Source: Ginglymostoma cirratum (taxonomy: Eukaryota). From it: a stretch of 64,000 nt of DNA. The notes beneath the pieces are model-generated. The model saw nothing but the letters and a program-made list of their open reading frames with translations. It was not told the DNA's origin and ran no database searches. The translations under genes were made by a program, and so were the position numbers. Of the stretch, positions 39,383 to 52,282 are shown one piece after another (positions within the stretch are counted from its first letter, which is position 1; the number at the start of each line of letters is the position of its first letter). The stretch covers positions 47,962,537 to 48,026,536 of the forward strand of contig JAHRHZ010000144.1 in NCBI GenBank assembly GCA_024137785.1, read 5' to 3'.

Positions 39383-39488
39383 ATAACAAAAATGGAAATT
39401 GCTGGACAAGCTCATCAGCTCTGGCAGCATCCTTGGAGAGAACTCAGAGTTAACGTTTCGGGTCGAGTGAGTCTTCCTCAGAACTCCC
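39383..39488 (-). mobile_element. Penelope-like terminal-repeat fragment (family B)
   Basis: Homologous to the left arm of the 19071 element. TSD ttcaggt at 39376-39382 and 39489-39495. Confidence 0.72.
39447..39486 (-). ncRNA. Minimal type I hammerhead ribozyme motif
   Basis: Minus strand GAGUU-CUGAGGA-agacucacucgaccc-GAAA-CG-UU-AACUC. It has a perfect 5-bp stem I and an AACGUU palindrome; stem II is partly mutated. Confidence 0.6.
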
Positions 39489-40424
39489 TTCAGGTGTAGA
39501 CTGTCTCACAGGTACAGACACCACTTCCCTAATAACAGTAGTCCACAAATCAGAACCTACATATCCCATACAAATCTTTGACTACATATTCATTGTTCTA
39601 ATTTTATGTGTACGCTGTGTCGATTTGCTTGCTGCTCAGCTAATAACCTAGGTATTATAACCTTTATCATTCAGTTTACTAATGTGGTGGCTGGCTCCTC
39701 ATACTCTCTGCGTAGAATTTTGTTGCTTGTTCCACTAACATTGTACAAATCCACGTGCACCACAACAGTTAAATTTGTTCCTTCCCACTGCAAATTCCTC
39801 TCCGCCCATGAGAAGATCTCCCAAAATCTAATGTCAGGATGGCAACATAATTTTCGTGTGTCTCATTCTTTGCAGCAGAGAACAGTGTCAATCTCCCTCA
39901 CTGTGCCATCACCTGTGACTACTACATTCCTTGTGGTCTCCCCACATGAACAGCTCGCTGTACCACAGTTGTTTGTTTGTTCAACCATCTTCAGCACCAG
40001 CTGCCATTCCAACAAGCCGAGAGAACGTCAAAGCAATCGGATAATCGAGGAGACTGCATCCTCCTTACCTGCCTCACTTGTAGTTGCACCCTGCTATGCC
40101 TGACTGAAAACCAAGACAAGAAGACATTGGATCCTGTAATATAAAGAATGCAGATAATTTTCCTCTTCCCCCCTGGTGTGTCATAGAGTATGCACCTCAG
40201 CCTCTAGCTCAATGATTCTGAGCCAAAGCTCCGCAAGACGCAAACATTTACTTAGCTTACACATCACCCAGCTGGTTTAAAAAAAGCTTGGGTTCAGGTT
40301 TGTCAGAATAAGTCAGGAATCCCAATCTAGTTTCTAAATCTGATATTTCTCATTTTCACAGGGGTAGTGTAGTTTGTACATGTGTGGTGCTCAGAAGAAC
40401 TGCCTATTTAAATGATCAATAATC

Positions 40425-41830
40425 ATGAATCATATGGCACATTGAGTGTGCCTATTTATTTCCACTAGTCCCACTTTCCTGCCCATAGCCTTTAATGTTA
40501 TGACATTTTAAGTGCTCATCCACATACTTTTTAAAAGTTCTGAGGTCTCCCGCCTCAACTACCATCACAACTAGTGCATTCCAGACTCCCACGATCCTCT
40601 GGGTGAAGAGAATATTTTCTTAAACTCCCTCTAAACGTCCTGTGCTTCACTTTAAAATGATGCCCTCATGTTATTGACCCTTCAGCTAACGGGAACAGCT
40701 GCTTTCTATCATCCTGTCCATGCCCCTCAACATTATACACCTCTATCAGGACTGCTCTTAGTCTTCACTGCTCTTAAGAAAATAACCCGAGCCTATCTAA
40801 TCTCACTTCATAGCTGAATTGCTCCAGCCAGACAACTTCCGAGCAAATCTCCTCTGCACCAGCTCCAGTGCAACCATTTCCTTCCCATAATTTGGTGACC
40901 AGAACTGCCCACAGTACTCCAGCTGTGGCGTTACTAAAGTTCTGGATAGCTCCAATGTAATGAGCTCTTATAATCCATGCCACAGGGATCTGTGGACAAG
41001 CAACCTAAGATTCTTCTGTTCCTTTGAGGTTCCTTGTGTCCTGCCATTTATTACGTATTCCTTTATCTTGTTACACAGTGCATCACCTCATAATTTTCAA
41101 GGTTAGACCATAAGACCATTAGACCATAAGACATGGGACCAGAAATTAGGTCATTCAGCCCATCAAATCTGTTCCGCCATTCAATCATGGCTGATAAGTT
41201 TCTCAATCCCATTCTCCCGCTTTCCCCCAATAACCGTTGATCCGTTAAATTCCATCTGCCACTGTTCAGGCCATCTAAGCAACCCATCTACATCTTTCTG
41301 TAACTTAAGACCTTCTTCCCAGCTGTCAACCACTTGGCCAATCCTTGTGTCTTCTACAAACTTACTTATTGATTCCTCCCTATATTGTCATCTCTATTAT
41401 TTATATATAATAAACAATGAAGGGACCCAGTACTGATCGCAGTGGTATGCCACAGAACACTGGCCTCCAGTCACACCAGCAGTCTTCTACCACCACACTC
41501 TGTCCACTAGCACAGAACCAATTTTGGGTCAAATTCCCCTAGATCCCATGTGCTTTTATCTTCTTCATCAGTATATCCAATGTGGGATTGTGTGGGTTTT
41601 CTGGACTTTGCTGAAAACCATATAAACTACATCAACTCCACCACCCACATCCAAATACTTGATTAACTTCTTGAAAAATTGTATCAAATTTTCTGCACAG
41701 GACCTCCATCTGATAAAGCCATGCTGATTATGCTTGATCAAACCTTGCCTCTGCAAATGGAGATTAATTCTCTCCTACAGAATTTTCTTCAATAGTTTCC
41801 TTACTATTGATGGGAGATTCACTAATCTGT
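40425..41830 (-). mobile_element. CR1 LINE RT and 3' end with a nested CR1 tail at about 41105-41245
   Basis: QHGFIR.RSC..NLIQFF...VDVVYM.FSK and YEVRLDRLGLFS. The nested tail begins (agaccata)n. Confidence 0.85.
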
Positions 41831-42664
41831 AAGATCCTTCACACCACCTTCCCTAAAACTTGCAGTTAAGTTTTATTTTATTAAATAGCCAAGCAACACT
41901 TTTGTTAATAATCATGCTGTCATGCTATATGTTTTTTCAATCTCATGGTGCCATCTGTTGAATTTGGCATTACACATTGCTAAGTGGTAAACATACATAA
42001 ATGTTTTATCAAAGCTCTCTCTGGTAGTGTGTTCATGTATAATCAATACCTCACTGAGGTTTCACAGCAGTCAAAGTAAACGTATTCCTAATACAATACG
42101 ATTCTGCCTTATTCGTCCAATTTAAGACATATCGTTGAATTTGTTTGTAACCAGGAGTACTGAACACAATTCAACAAAACCAAAAGCTGTTTGACACACG
42201 ACAAGCAACATAGTTAGTACGTTAAAAGTCATAACAGCACAACATACCATGTTGGGAGCAATAACACAATAAACATCAAGAAGCTTGGTATTAAAGTTTT
42301 GATTTAGAGTATACAGCATCTCTTCTAGTGATAAGTTCAAGCATGCCATGCAGCAGAAAGCTGACTTGTGTGCTAGTGATGAAGGTATTGGAAGTATCCA
42401 GCATATGATTCTGACTCTTAAACCATCAGATTGCATTCCTCTTATGTCATGTTTTTTAAATAGTGTGAGCATTATCCTGAGAAATAGTTGGAGAAAACTA
42501 AATTTCTTGAAGTCAGTTGCAATGTGCTCATCTTTTCTTTAAAAAACGAGGTTTGAGATGATGGATGTTCTTGGATATAGTATGGGCACTGCTTTCAGGA
42601 CTGCATGTCTAATCGCATGGATGTAAGTAAGATTCAAATTTTGTGTTCTTGTTCAAGTTAAACA

Positions 42665-44870
42665 TTCACACTGCTGTATCCCATGACCTGGATTTGTGCA
42701 GGAAGTGTCGTCACCTTGAACTGTGGGTTTCGGAACTTGGCAGCAGCTGGTGTCATGGCAGCAGTGAAGCTGAGAGCGACATGGATAGCACGTTTATAGA
42801 TGTGGCCACTTGGTAGCTTCAGAGATGCAAGGAAAAAGGGAAAGGTTGACTACCAGCCAGTCAAAAAGGAAAACAAGTAAGTATTACAGGAGCTCCCAAG
42901 AGTGAGCCTCACTTCCCAACAAGTATTCAGTTTGGAAATACAAATGAAGTGCTGGAGAAACCTAGCAGATCTGACAGAGTCCATGGAGAGAGAAACAAAA
43001 GTTAGTGTTTTGAATCCTCTTTGGAATCCTGAAGAAAAGTTCCAGAGAAAACTTATATCAGACTTGAAATGTTAACTCCATTTCTCTCTCCATAGACGCT
43101 GCCTGATCTGCTGAGTTTCTCCAGCAATTTCTGTTTTTTGTTTTAGATCTCTAGCATCTGAAGCACTTTGTCTTTCTTCCAGTTCTGAATATTGATAAGC
43201 AACATTGATAGCTCATCTAACTGCAAGAATATCCAAGTCCATGGCATCACGGAGTTATTCAGCAGTGTGAGGTGTGTGAGAGGTTCAGGGAAAACTGGAA
43301 AAGCTATAGTGCTAAAGTGATTCAATAGTTATGGGAAGAGATAAATGTCTGTGTAGCCAGAGACATGAAATCTTCATATTTAGTGTGTTTAATTAGCAGA
43401 GTATATACTGGGATAGTAATATTGTAAAGGGTAGAGAAAGTCAAGAGTTCCTAAAGTGGGTTCAGGAGAACTTTCTGCAGCAGAATATTTTCTGTGCAAA
43501 GAGAAAAGGTGATCAGCTAGAGCTGGTTCTTGGAAATGAGATGGGCCAAATAGATCAAGCAGCAGTATGAGAATACTTAGGGGATAGTGATCACTTAATA
43601 AGATTTAGAGCAAGTACTGAAAAGGATAATGAACTATCCCTAGTCAGAAGAGTTAATTGGAATAAAACTGACTTCTGTGGGGTGAAAATGGACCTGGGTT
43701 AAATACTTCAGAATCAAAGGCTTTCAGGAAAATTGATAACCCATTGAGCTACCTACAAAGAAGAGAATGCTTGGGCACAATCAAGGTGTATTCCTTGAAA
43801 AAGGAAAGGTAAGGCAAACAAATCCAGATCCTCCTGGATAAGAAATGAGGTAGAAATTATAATAAAGAAGATACAAGGTGCTCATAGAAGTTGTCAAGTA
43901 GTAAATAGGATTAAGAACAAGGCTAAAATATAGAATGTTCAGAGAAGTGGTGTGAGAGCAAAGAGGAGAAACCAAGAGAGAATATGAAAAGGTATTTGTA
44001 TCGAACATAAAAGGGAATTCCAAATACTTCTAGAAACATATAAATGGCAAAAGGACAGTAAAAGGGGAAGTGAGGCTGATTAGGCATCAAAGAGTGATTT
44101 ACACATGGAGGCGGGGGTATGGGTGAGATATTAAAAAATACGTGGAATCTGTCTTGTCCGAGGAGTAAGATGTTATCTAGACCATTTAGTTGCTGGTGCA
44201 GTTTAAAATTTACAAGGAGTACTTAAAATTAGCAAGGCATTGGGACTGGTTGAGAACATTCCAAGTATACTGAGCTAACTGAGAATGGAGATTGGAGATG
44301 CCGTAACAATATTTTTTTCAGTTTTCATTCAACTCAGGGATGGTGCCTCAGGACTGGAAAATTGCAAATGCTAAGTCCATATTCAAAAAAGCACACAGAG
44401 CTGAAGAACTGTAGATCAGTCAATTTAACTTTGGTGGTTGGCGAACTTCTAAAATATTAACTTCAGATGAAATTAATAGGCATTGGGGGTTAATTAAGGA
44501 AAATTAACATCGACTTCTTAAGGAAAAATTATGTCTAACGAACCTATTGGAGTTCTGGAAGAGGTACTTAGATGGTTGATCAGAGCAATGCAGCTGCCTT
44601 GTGAACAAAGAAATAAAAAGCACAGTAGCAAAAATTTTTGGATGAATGACAGGAAATAGAGACTAATTGCTAATGGATGTTTTCTAGGCTGGGGAAAGGT
44701 TTGTAATGGAGTTCATCAATGATAAGTGCTGGAATGGTTACTTTTTCTGCTACACATTAATTGTCTAGACCTTAGCACAATTTCAAAATTTGTAGATGAT
44801 ATGAAACATGGAAGATGTTTAAACTGTGAGGCTAGTATAAAAGTTGAAAAGAACATGGACAAGTATTGGT
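42665..44870 (+). mobile_element. Long decayed CR1 (ORF1 zinc finger through RT)
   Basis: ICRKC..L..VSEL (ORF1), LGDSDH, QDWKIANA and ISKFVDDMK. Confidence 0.75.
42935..43176. mobile_element. Penelope-like inverted-repeat insertion (family B, older)
   Basis: Arms gctggagaaacctagcagatc (42951) and gatctgctgagtttctccagc (to 43125). ctgaaga at 43029 and gaaatgttaac at about 43066. Confidence 0.65.
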
Positions 44871-45084
44871 GCAGGTGGTCACTGGTGGCAAGGAGAAATG
44901 TAATAAGTCTGGATGTTAACACATTGGATACAGCAGTTAAGAAGAATGTTTTGTCCTGGTTACTATAGAGCTCCCTGAACACTGTTAGCTGAATCTATCC
45001 AGGCATGTGGGAAAACATCATGCCACTTGTGACTTTGTGCCTGGGTAGTAGTGAAGTGTTGGGGAGTCAGATATGAGGCACTCA

Positions 45085-45505
45085 TTATAGGTTGGGACTT
45101 GACTCAACGCAATTTAGAAGAATGAGAGGCAATCACATTTAAACAATAAGGATTCTTAAGGAACTTGACAGGATAAATACTGGGAGGATATCTTTGCTCA
45201 TGGAATAGTATAAGACCAGAAGACATAGTCTCAGAATTAAGAGAAACCAATTCAAGACTGAGATAATGAGGAATTTCTTCTTCCAGAGGGTTGAGAGTCT
45301 CCTTGCCACAGAAAGCTGCGTGGCGGTGTCCTTATGTATATTTAAAGCTAAGATAGATTCTTGACTAATAAAAGAATCAAGGGTTATAGGGAAAGGGCAG
45401 GAAAAAGGACGTGAAAAGTGTCATATCAGACATGATCCTTTGAGTAGCAGAGCAGGCTGGAAGGATCAAACGACTTGCTCCTGTTCCTATTTCCTATGGT
45501 CTAAT
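45085..45505 (+). mobile_element. CR1 3' end
   Basis: RRMRGN and FKTEIMRNFFFQRV, with tail cctatggtct. Confidence 0.8.
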
Positions 45506-45519
45506 ACACAGCTTCTGAT

Positions 45520-47200
45520 CATATATAGCTCTAATAGTCATATCAATTATGTGGCTGGTCTAGATCAATTCTAGTGACTAGTGATCTCCAGGGCATTGAT
45601 GTTGGGTTGGGGGGTGGTGGTGTGAGTGATGGAAAGACTAATAAATATCAAGGGAAAGTAGTTATGCTGTATCTTATTGCCTACCAGTTGTGCACATCTT
45701 GTTGATTCTGAAAAAGGACTTCTTCATTATCTGATGATTGGAATGGAAGCTGAACATTGCTGAACCAGTGAACAGTATGATCACATGAAGGATGTAAAGA
45801 GCACTGATGAAGTATGGAAAGTCATCCCAGAGTTGTTGCTCTGTGGCCATGTCGCACATCTGAATGGGTTGTCCTCCAATGTCCACAGCCTCTCACTACA
45901 TGCTAGTTTTGATTGAAGGCAAGAGAAACTTCCTCCTAATTCCCATTGACCTCAGTTTTAATTGTGTTCCTTAGCGCAGCGAGATGGCAAGAAAATCTGG
46001 ATCAGAACTGTTCTCATAGGTTTCAAACTGAGCAGCAAGTGATCAAGTCATGGTTGAGATTTGACAGAACTAATGAGGATGCCTTACATAATTTTTCAGA
46101 TGATGGGGTGAAGATTAATTGGACAATACCTGGTCAAGATTTTATGGACTGAATATAACATGGGCAATATTCTACATTATTGACAGAGGTCAGTATTGTA
46201 GTTAGAATCATAGAATTATCGAATGGATCTATAGCCTTCTTCTGTGCTGTGACCAATCAGTTTCAAGCCAATCTTTACATCCATTTCCCTGCCCCTTCTT
46301 CATAGCCCTGGGAAGTTTCTCCCTTTTGGTACTTATTCAAGTCTGTTTTGGAAACCATGATTGAATTTTCCTTTACCCCACTCTTATACAGTGTATTTCA
46401 GATCCTAACCATTTATTGCAAAGAAAAAAGACATTTTTCCTCATGTTCAGGTTCTTTTGCTAATCACTCTAAACCAGTGTCTTCTGTTTATCAACCCTTC
46501 TGCGAATGAGAAAAGTTTCTATCTAATCTCTCCGGGCCACTCACGATTTTGGTCACTTAAATCAAATTTTCTCTCAACTTTTTCTTCTCTAAGGCGAACA
46601 ATACAAGTCTCTAATTGATCCAAGGAGCTGAATTCCTTCATCCCTGGAACCATTCGACAGTATTCGGTAAATCTCCTCAACAATCTATTTAAAGCCTTTG
46701 CATCCTTCCTAAATTGTAATGATCAGACTTGGACGCAATTCTTCAGGTCAAGCTAAACTAGTGATTTTAAAAGGTGCACCATCACCTCTTCGCTTTGTAC
46801 TCTAGGGCTCCATTCATAAAGCTCAAAACTGATTTGCCGCCATCATGACCTGTCTGACCACCTTCAACACTTAGTGCATAGATACCTCTAGATCTCTTTC
46901 TTCCTGCATTCCCTTCAGAATCATATCCTTTCTTTAATATTTTCTTTCCTTGTTCTTCCTTCCTAAATCTATCACAACAGATATACTGAAAAATTTAAGG
47001 ATTCGTTCTAAAGGGTCAGTTGTCAGAGCTACAGCCTGAACATTGTCAGCACCAACAACTTCTGTTGAGTCCAGAACAATCTTCCAATTCTTGATGATTG
47101 GGGTCACCAGTGGAAGCCAAGAAGCATCATCCATCCAACACTTCTGACTGAAGTTGTTTGTGAAAAACTCAGCCTTTTCTTTTATACTCATAGCTGAGTT
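45520..47200 (-). mobile_element. Mosaic of decayed CR1-clade fragments
   Basis: ORF 46934-47191 (KAEFF...FSQKC.MDD) matches the start of 49134. A 3' tail agaatcatagaat lies at 46204. Confidence 0.6.
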
Positions 47201-47619
47201 ACTCCTGCTCTAAAACAGATGCTAAATTCCAATAGAAGTGGTTGCTGGCAGAAGCTATGTCTACTCAAAAGGTGTCTGCAAATGACAAGATACTGCAAGT
47301 TCAAATTACTCTCTCAAATTTCAATAATTAAGCCAGAACTGTGTTTAATTTGGCTAAAACCTCAGAAAGATCAGCAGTTACCCGATTAATGTGTCAAATC
47401 TGCACTGCGCGTGATTATGAACACTTATGTAAAAGCTGTGCAGTGCTGATCCATGAAAAGCTATCAGAAAACTATATAGGTTAAGATTTGCAAAGATTTG
47501 TGAAGAAAATAGTCAAATTTAGGATGTTTGAACTATATTTGAAGAAGTCACAAAAGTAAATTCGAAGCAACTTTGGTGAAATTAGATAAATCTAATGAGA
47601 GTTAATGGTATCAGCTAGA

Positions 47620-47885
47620 TACTGCAGGGTGTGGACATCACCGAAAAGCATTTATTTTTCATCTCTGCTTGGCCTTAACTGAATGCTGTGGTTGGTTACT
47701 TCAAAAGGAATGTCAGTCAGAGTTCAGATATAGACCAGGATCACTAGTTTCCTTCCCAAAAGGAGGTTAGTAAACCAGTCAGCATCACAGTCAGTAATAA
47801 CAATGTTGTCATTTTATTTCAATATTTAAAAATGAAGTCAATTTCTTAAATAACCATACTGGAGTTGAAGGTTCTCTGGATTATG
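47620..47885 (-). mobile_element. Degraded tRNA SINE with CR1-type tail
   Basis: Weak reverse similarity to 265-420 and 2765-2900. Confidence 0.4.
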
Positions 47886-48061
47886 AATGTAGGTCCCTGT
47901 ATAATAGTGTAATGTAATTAGTTTCTAACCATGTCCCTCAACCTCATACTCAATTCACTATTGTCTAACCAAGTTGCATTTCATAGAAATCAATTACCTT
48001 TTAGTGGTTCTATTTCATTCTTCACATATTCATCCACTTATCCATTTTCCTGTAGTACAGC

Positions 48062-48364
48062 ATATAGAATCTCTACAGTGTGGAAGCAGACCATTCAACC
48101 TATCAAAGTCACCCCCCTCAAAGACCATCCCACGTAGAACCATGCCCCCTACCCTTTCACTGTAACCCTGCATTTTCCATGGTTAGTCCACCTAGCCTGT
48201 ACATCTTTGGACTGTGGGAGGAAATCGGAGCACCCAGCAGAAATCCATGCAAATACAGAAAGAATGTACAACCTCTACGCAGACAATCGTCCAAAGCTGG
48301 AATCAAACCTGGGACACTGATGCTGCGAGGCAGTAGTACTAACCACTGAACCACCATGCTGCCC
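48062..48364 (-). mobile_element. HE1-type V-SINE
   Basis: Reverse complement of gggcagcatggtggttcagtggttagtac...ggtttgattcc. Confidence 0.88.
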
Positions 48365-49133
48365 TCTTTTTCTGTACAAGCAGTACTTCACTGAATTTGT
48401 TCTAGTTTTGTAGATGTTATGGACTGAATTTTCCCAGCTGTTGAATGTTGTGTCCTGCGGCGAATCAGTTGGAAAAATGTGGCAAGATCAGAATGAGATG
48501 CTTGATATCAAGGAAAGAAAAATCTGATTTTGCAACCAGGTTTTGATGGGCAAAATGAGAATTTCAGTTAGCCTACTTGCATACATTGATAACTCATATT
48601 GAGTAATTTCCTCTTGTTGATATGCAGATTCCTATTCGCCCACATGTAGGAGTGAAACTAAAATGGTGATAATTCTTGACATGAAAGTCAAAGCAGATAC
48701 CTTGTAGGTTCAGCTGGCTGCTTGCCTCCATCTAGGACAGTAGTGCCCAATATCTCAGGTTACACTACATGGGCAATGTCTACGTACACATCCCAACTAC
48801 TTGGTAGGTATGGACCTGCACCACCTTCAGCGCATCCTCACAACACTTGTCATAAAACACAGTTCTCCACTTCAATGTTGCACCTTGGAGCGTACTAACA
48901 TTTCTCATTGTAAGGCTGCTACCAGGTCACTTATTGCAGAGGGACAAGCACCTAACTCTGGATTGGAGCAAAGTGCATCTCAGGGATCTTCTCTTGTTCT
49001 CTTGGCACTAAATTACTTTGCACCTACTTGGATGCTTATGGCATATCTGTCATGCCTTGCTTTGCCTTTTGCACTCTCCAGTTTCATTTGGAGCTAGCAG
49101 GCTCACAGGGCTTCCTTTTTACATTGCCTTTTA

Positions 49134-49990
49134 ATGCAGACAAATGATAAGGCTGAAGCATTCACAACAATCTTCAACCAGAAGTGCCAAGTGGCTGATT
49201 CATTTTGGCCTCCTCCAATGATACCTAACATCATAGATGCCAGTCTTCAGATGTTTCAACTCACTGCATGGGATACAAATAAATGGTTGGGACCACTGGA
49301 AAGTGCAAAGACTGTGGGCCTTGACAACATTCTGGGAATAGCACTGAAGGCTTGTGCTCCAGAACTTGGTGCTCCCCCAGCCAACTTTTTCCTGTACAGT
49401 TACAAGACCGGCACCTATCCGCCAATGTGGAAAATTGCCAAGGCATGCCCTGTGGACAAAAAGCAGGAAAAATCCAACCCAACCAGTTACCGCTCCATGA
49501 TACTCACAGTCATCAGTAAAGTGATGGAAGGTGTCATCAACAGTGCTATCAAGCAGCATCTCCTCAGCAATAACCTGCTCAGTGACACCCAGTTTGGGTT
49601 CCGCCAGGGCCACTCAACTCCTGATATCATTACAGCCTTGGTTCAAATATGAACAAATAAGTTGAATTCCAAACAAGTGCCGAGAGTGACTGCTCTTGAT
49701 ATCAAGCCTACATTTAACTGAGTATGGCATCAAGGAGCCCTACCAATACTCAATAAATGGGAATTACTGGAAAAAAATCTCCCCTGGTTGAAGTTGTCCC
49801 TGGCATACAGAAAGATGAGCTGTGGTTGTTGAAGGTCACTCATCTCAACTCCAAGACATCTCTGCATCTCCTTCAGGGAGATGTCCTAGGCCCAACCATC
49901 TTCAGCTGCGTCATCAATGACCTTCCCTCCATCATAAGGTGAGAAGTGGGGATGTTCGCTGATGATTGTGCAATGTTCGGCACCATTCTC
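49134..49990 (+). mobile_element. CR1-clade LINE RT fragment
   Basis: ORF 49134-49652 (WKIAK..PV.KK...YR...SKVMEG...QFGFRQG), ALDIK, QGDVLGP.IF...INDL and MFADD. Confidence 0.88.
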
Positions 49991-50224
49991 AGAGGAGAAT
50001 TCTTGCCAACCTGTATGTGGTCCTCCATCAGCTAGGTGTGAACTGGCACCATGCTTTTTCTTTGTGAGGAAGCGACACCTGGAGCGATTGAGGAAAGATG
50101 GTGCATGCAATTGTGAGAGTGGTAGACCATAGCAATGTAGGAAAATAGGAACAGGGGCTGTTCAGCCCCCCAAACCTGTTCTGGACATGGTGAGAGGTGA
50201 ATGCAGTCGCAAATTAACAAGAGT

Positions 50225-52282
50225 ATTGCAGAACACTCAGAAATTGCAGAGGCCTTTGCAGAGATTTTTGCTACATCTTTAGCCACTGGTGAAGTCCCAG
50301 AAGACTGGGATATGGCTAATGTTGTTCCATTGTTGAAGAAAGATAGCAAAGACAAGCCAGGGAACTGCAGGCCAGTGAGCCTGACATCAGTGGCAGGCAA
50401 CTTATTGGAGAAGATACTGAGGGACTGGATCAAACAACATTTGGATAGTCAAGGTCTGATTAGGGATAGTCAGCATGGATTTATGTGCAAGAAGTCATGC
50501 CTGACAAATATTTTTGAGTTTTTCAAAGAAGTAACAAAGAGGATGGATGAAGGTAGGGCAGTGGATGTTGTCTATATGGACTTTAGTAAGGCCTTTGGCA
50601 AGGTCCCATACGGCAAGCTGACCATGAAAGTCAGGTTGCATGGGACCCAGGGAACGCTAGCTGATTGGATTCAAAATTGGCTCGATGGTAAGAAGCATGA
50701 TGGTTGAAGGTTTTTCTCTGACTGGAGGCCTGTGACTAGAAGTGTGCCACAGGGGTCAGTGCTGGGACCTTTGTTATTTGTTATTAACATAACTGATCTG
50801 GATGTGAATGTACGAGGCATGATTAGTAAGTTTGCAGATGATAAAAAATTAGGAGGTATCGTTGATAGTGAAGAAGGTTATCAAAAATTAGAGAGGGATG
50901 TTGACCAGATGGGGAAGTGGGCTGAGGAATGGCCCAATACAGATAAGTGTGAGGTGTTGCATTTTGGAAAGTCAAGCCAAGGTAGGACTTATACAGTAAA
51001 TGGTAAGGTCCTAAGAAGTGTTGTGGAACAGAGGGACATGGGAGTACAAGTATGTAGTTTGTTCAAAGCAACATCACAATGGACAGGGTGGTAAAGAAGG
51101 CATTTAGCATGTCGGCCTTCATCATTCGAGGCATTGAACATAGGAGCTGGGACGTTATGTTACAGTTATATATGTCATTGGTGAGGTCACACTTGGAGTA
51201 TTGTGTACACTTTTGGTCACCCTGTTATAGGAAAGGCATGGCTATGCTGGAAAGTGTGCAAAGAAGATTTACGAGGATGTTGCCAGAACTAATAGACCTG
51301 AGTTACAGAGAGAGGCTGGCTAGGATAGGACTTTATTCCTTGGCACATAGGAGAATGAGGGGTGACCTTACTGAGGAGTATAAAATCATGAGGGGCATAG
51401 ACAGGATGAATGCGTATAGACTTTTTCCCAGGGATGGGGAATTGAAAACTAGAGGGGTTAAAATTGTTTCAGAGATTTTAGGAACTGCAGATGCTGGAGA
51501 ATCTGAGATAACAAGGCNNNNNNNNNNNNNNNNNNNNNNNNNNNNNNNNNNNNNNNNNNNNNNNNNNNNNNNNNNNNNNNNNNNNNNNNNNNNNNNNNNN
51601 NNNNNNNNNNNNNNNNNNNNNNNNNNNNNNNNNNNNNNNNNNNNNNNNNNNNNNNNNNNNNNNNNNNNNNNNNNNNNNNNNNNNNNNNNNNNNNNNNNNN
51701 NNNNNNNNNNNNNNNNNNNNNNNNNNNNNNNNNNNNNNNNNNNNNNNNNNNNNNNNNNNNNNNNNNNNNNNNNNNNNNNNNNNNNNNNNNNNNNNNNNNN
51801 NNNNNNNNNNNNNNNNNNNNNNNNNNNNNNNNNNNNNNNNNNNNNNNNNNNNNNNNNNNNNNNNNNNNNNNNNNNNNNNNNNNNNNNNNNNNNNNNNNNN
51901 NNNNNNNNNNNNNNNNNGTCAGCCTTCCTGCTCCTCTGATGCTGCTTGGCCTGCTGTGTTCATCTAGCTCTACACCTTGTTATCTCTGAAAACTAGAGGG
52001 AACAGGTTAAAGGTGAAAGGGGATAGATTTAAGAATGACCTGAGGGGCAACTTCTTCTCACAGAGAATGGTGTGTATATGGAATGGGCTGCCGGAGGAAG
52101 TGTTTGAGGCAGGTACAATAGCAACATTTAAAAAACATTTGGATAGGTACATGGATGAGAAGGGTTTAGAGGGATATGGACCAAATGCAGGCAATTGGAA
52201 CTAGCTGAATGGGCACTACAGGCAGCATGGACTAGTTTGGACGGAAGGGCCTGTTTCCAATCTGTATTACTCTGACTCTATG
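50225..52282 (+). mobile_element. HER1/CR1 LINE, relatively young RT and 3' end, frameshifted
   Basis: ORFs 50201-50707, 50732-51094, 51079-51460 and 51977-52204 give VDVVYMDFSKAF, VPQGSVLGPLLF and SKFADD; tail ctctgactctatga. Confidence 0.92.
51457..51986. mobile_element. Penelope-like inverted-repeat insertion (family A) spanning an assembly gap
   Basis: Left arm is on the minus strand (ggaactgcagatgctggagaatctgagataacaagg) and right arm on the plus strand (gtcagccttcctgctcc...ttgttatctc). 14-bp TSD tgaaaactagaggg at 51443-51456 and 51987-52000. Confidence 0.8.

Larger units (their letters stand above)
39250..40265 (-). mobile_element. CR1 ORF1 region (zinc finger/SGNH esterase), decayed
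   Basis: The minus-strand D.LHLN motif is split by the insertion at 39383. Colinear with 62400-63520. Confidence 0.6.

Noticed and set aside
39606-40103. 165-aa ORF
   Set aside because: It is antisense to a decayed CR1 ORF1 and has no recognisable domain.
51079-51939. Longest ORF in the track (286 aa)
   Set aside because: About half is X from the N gap. The rest is CR1 ORF2 C-terminus running into a Penelope-like insert.
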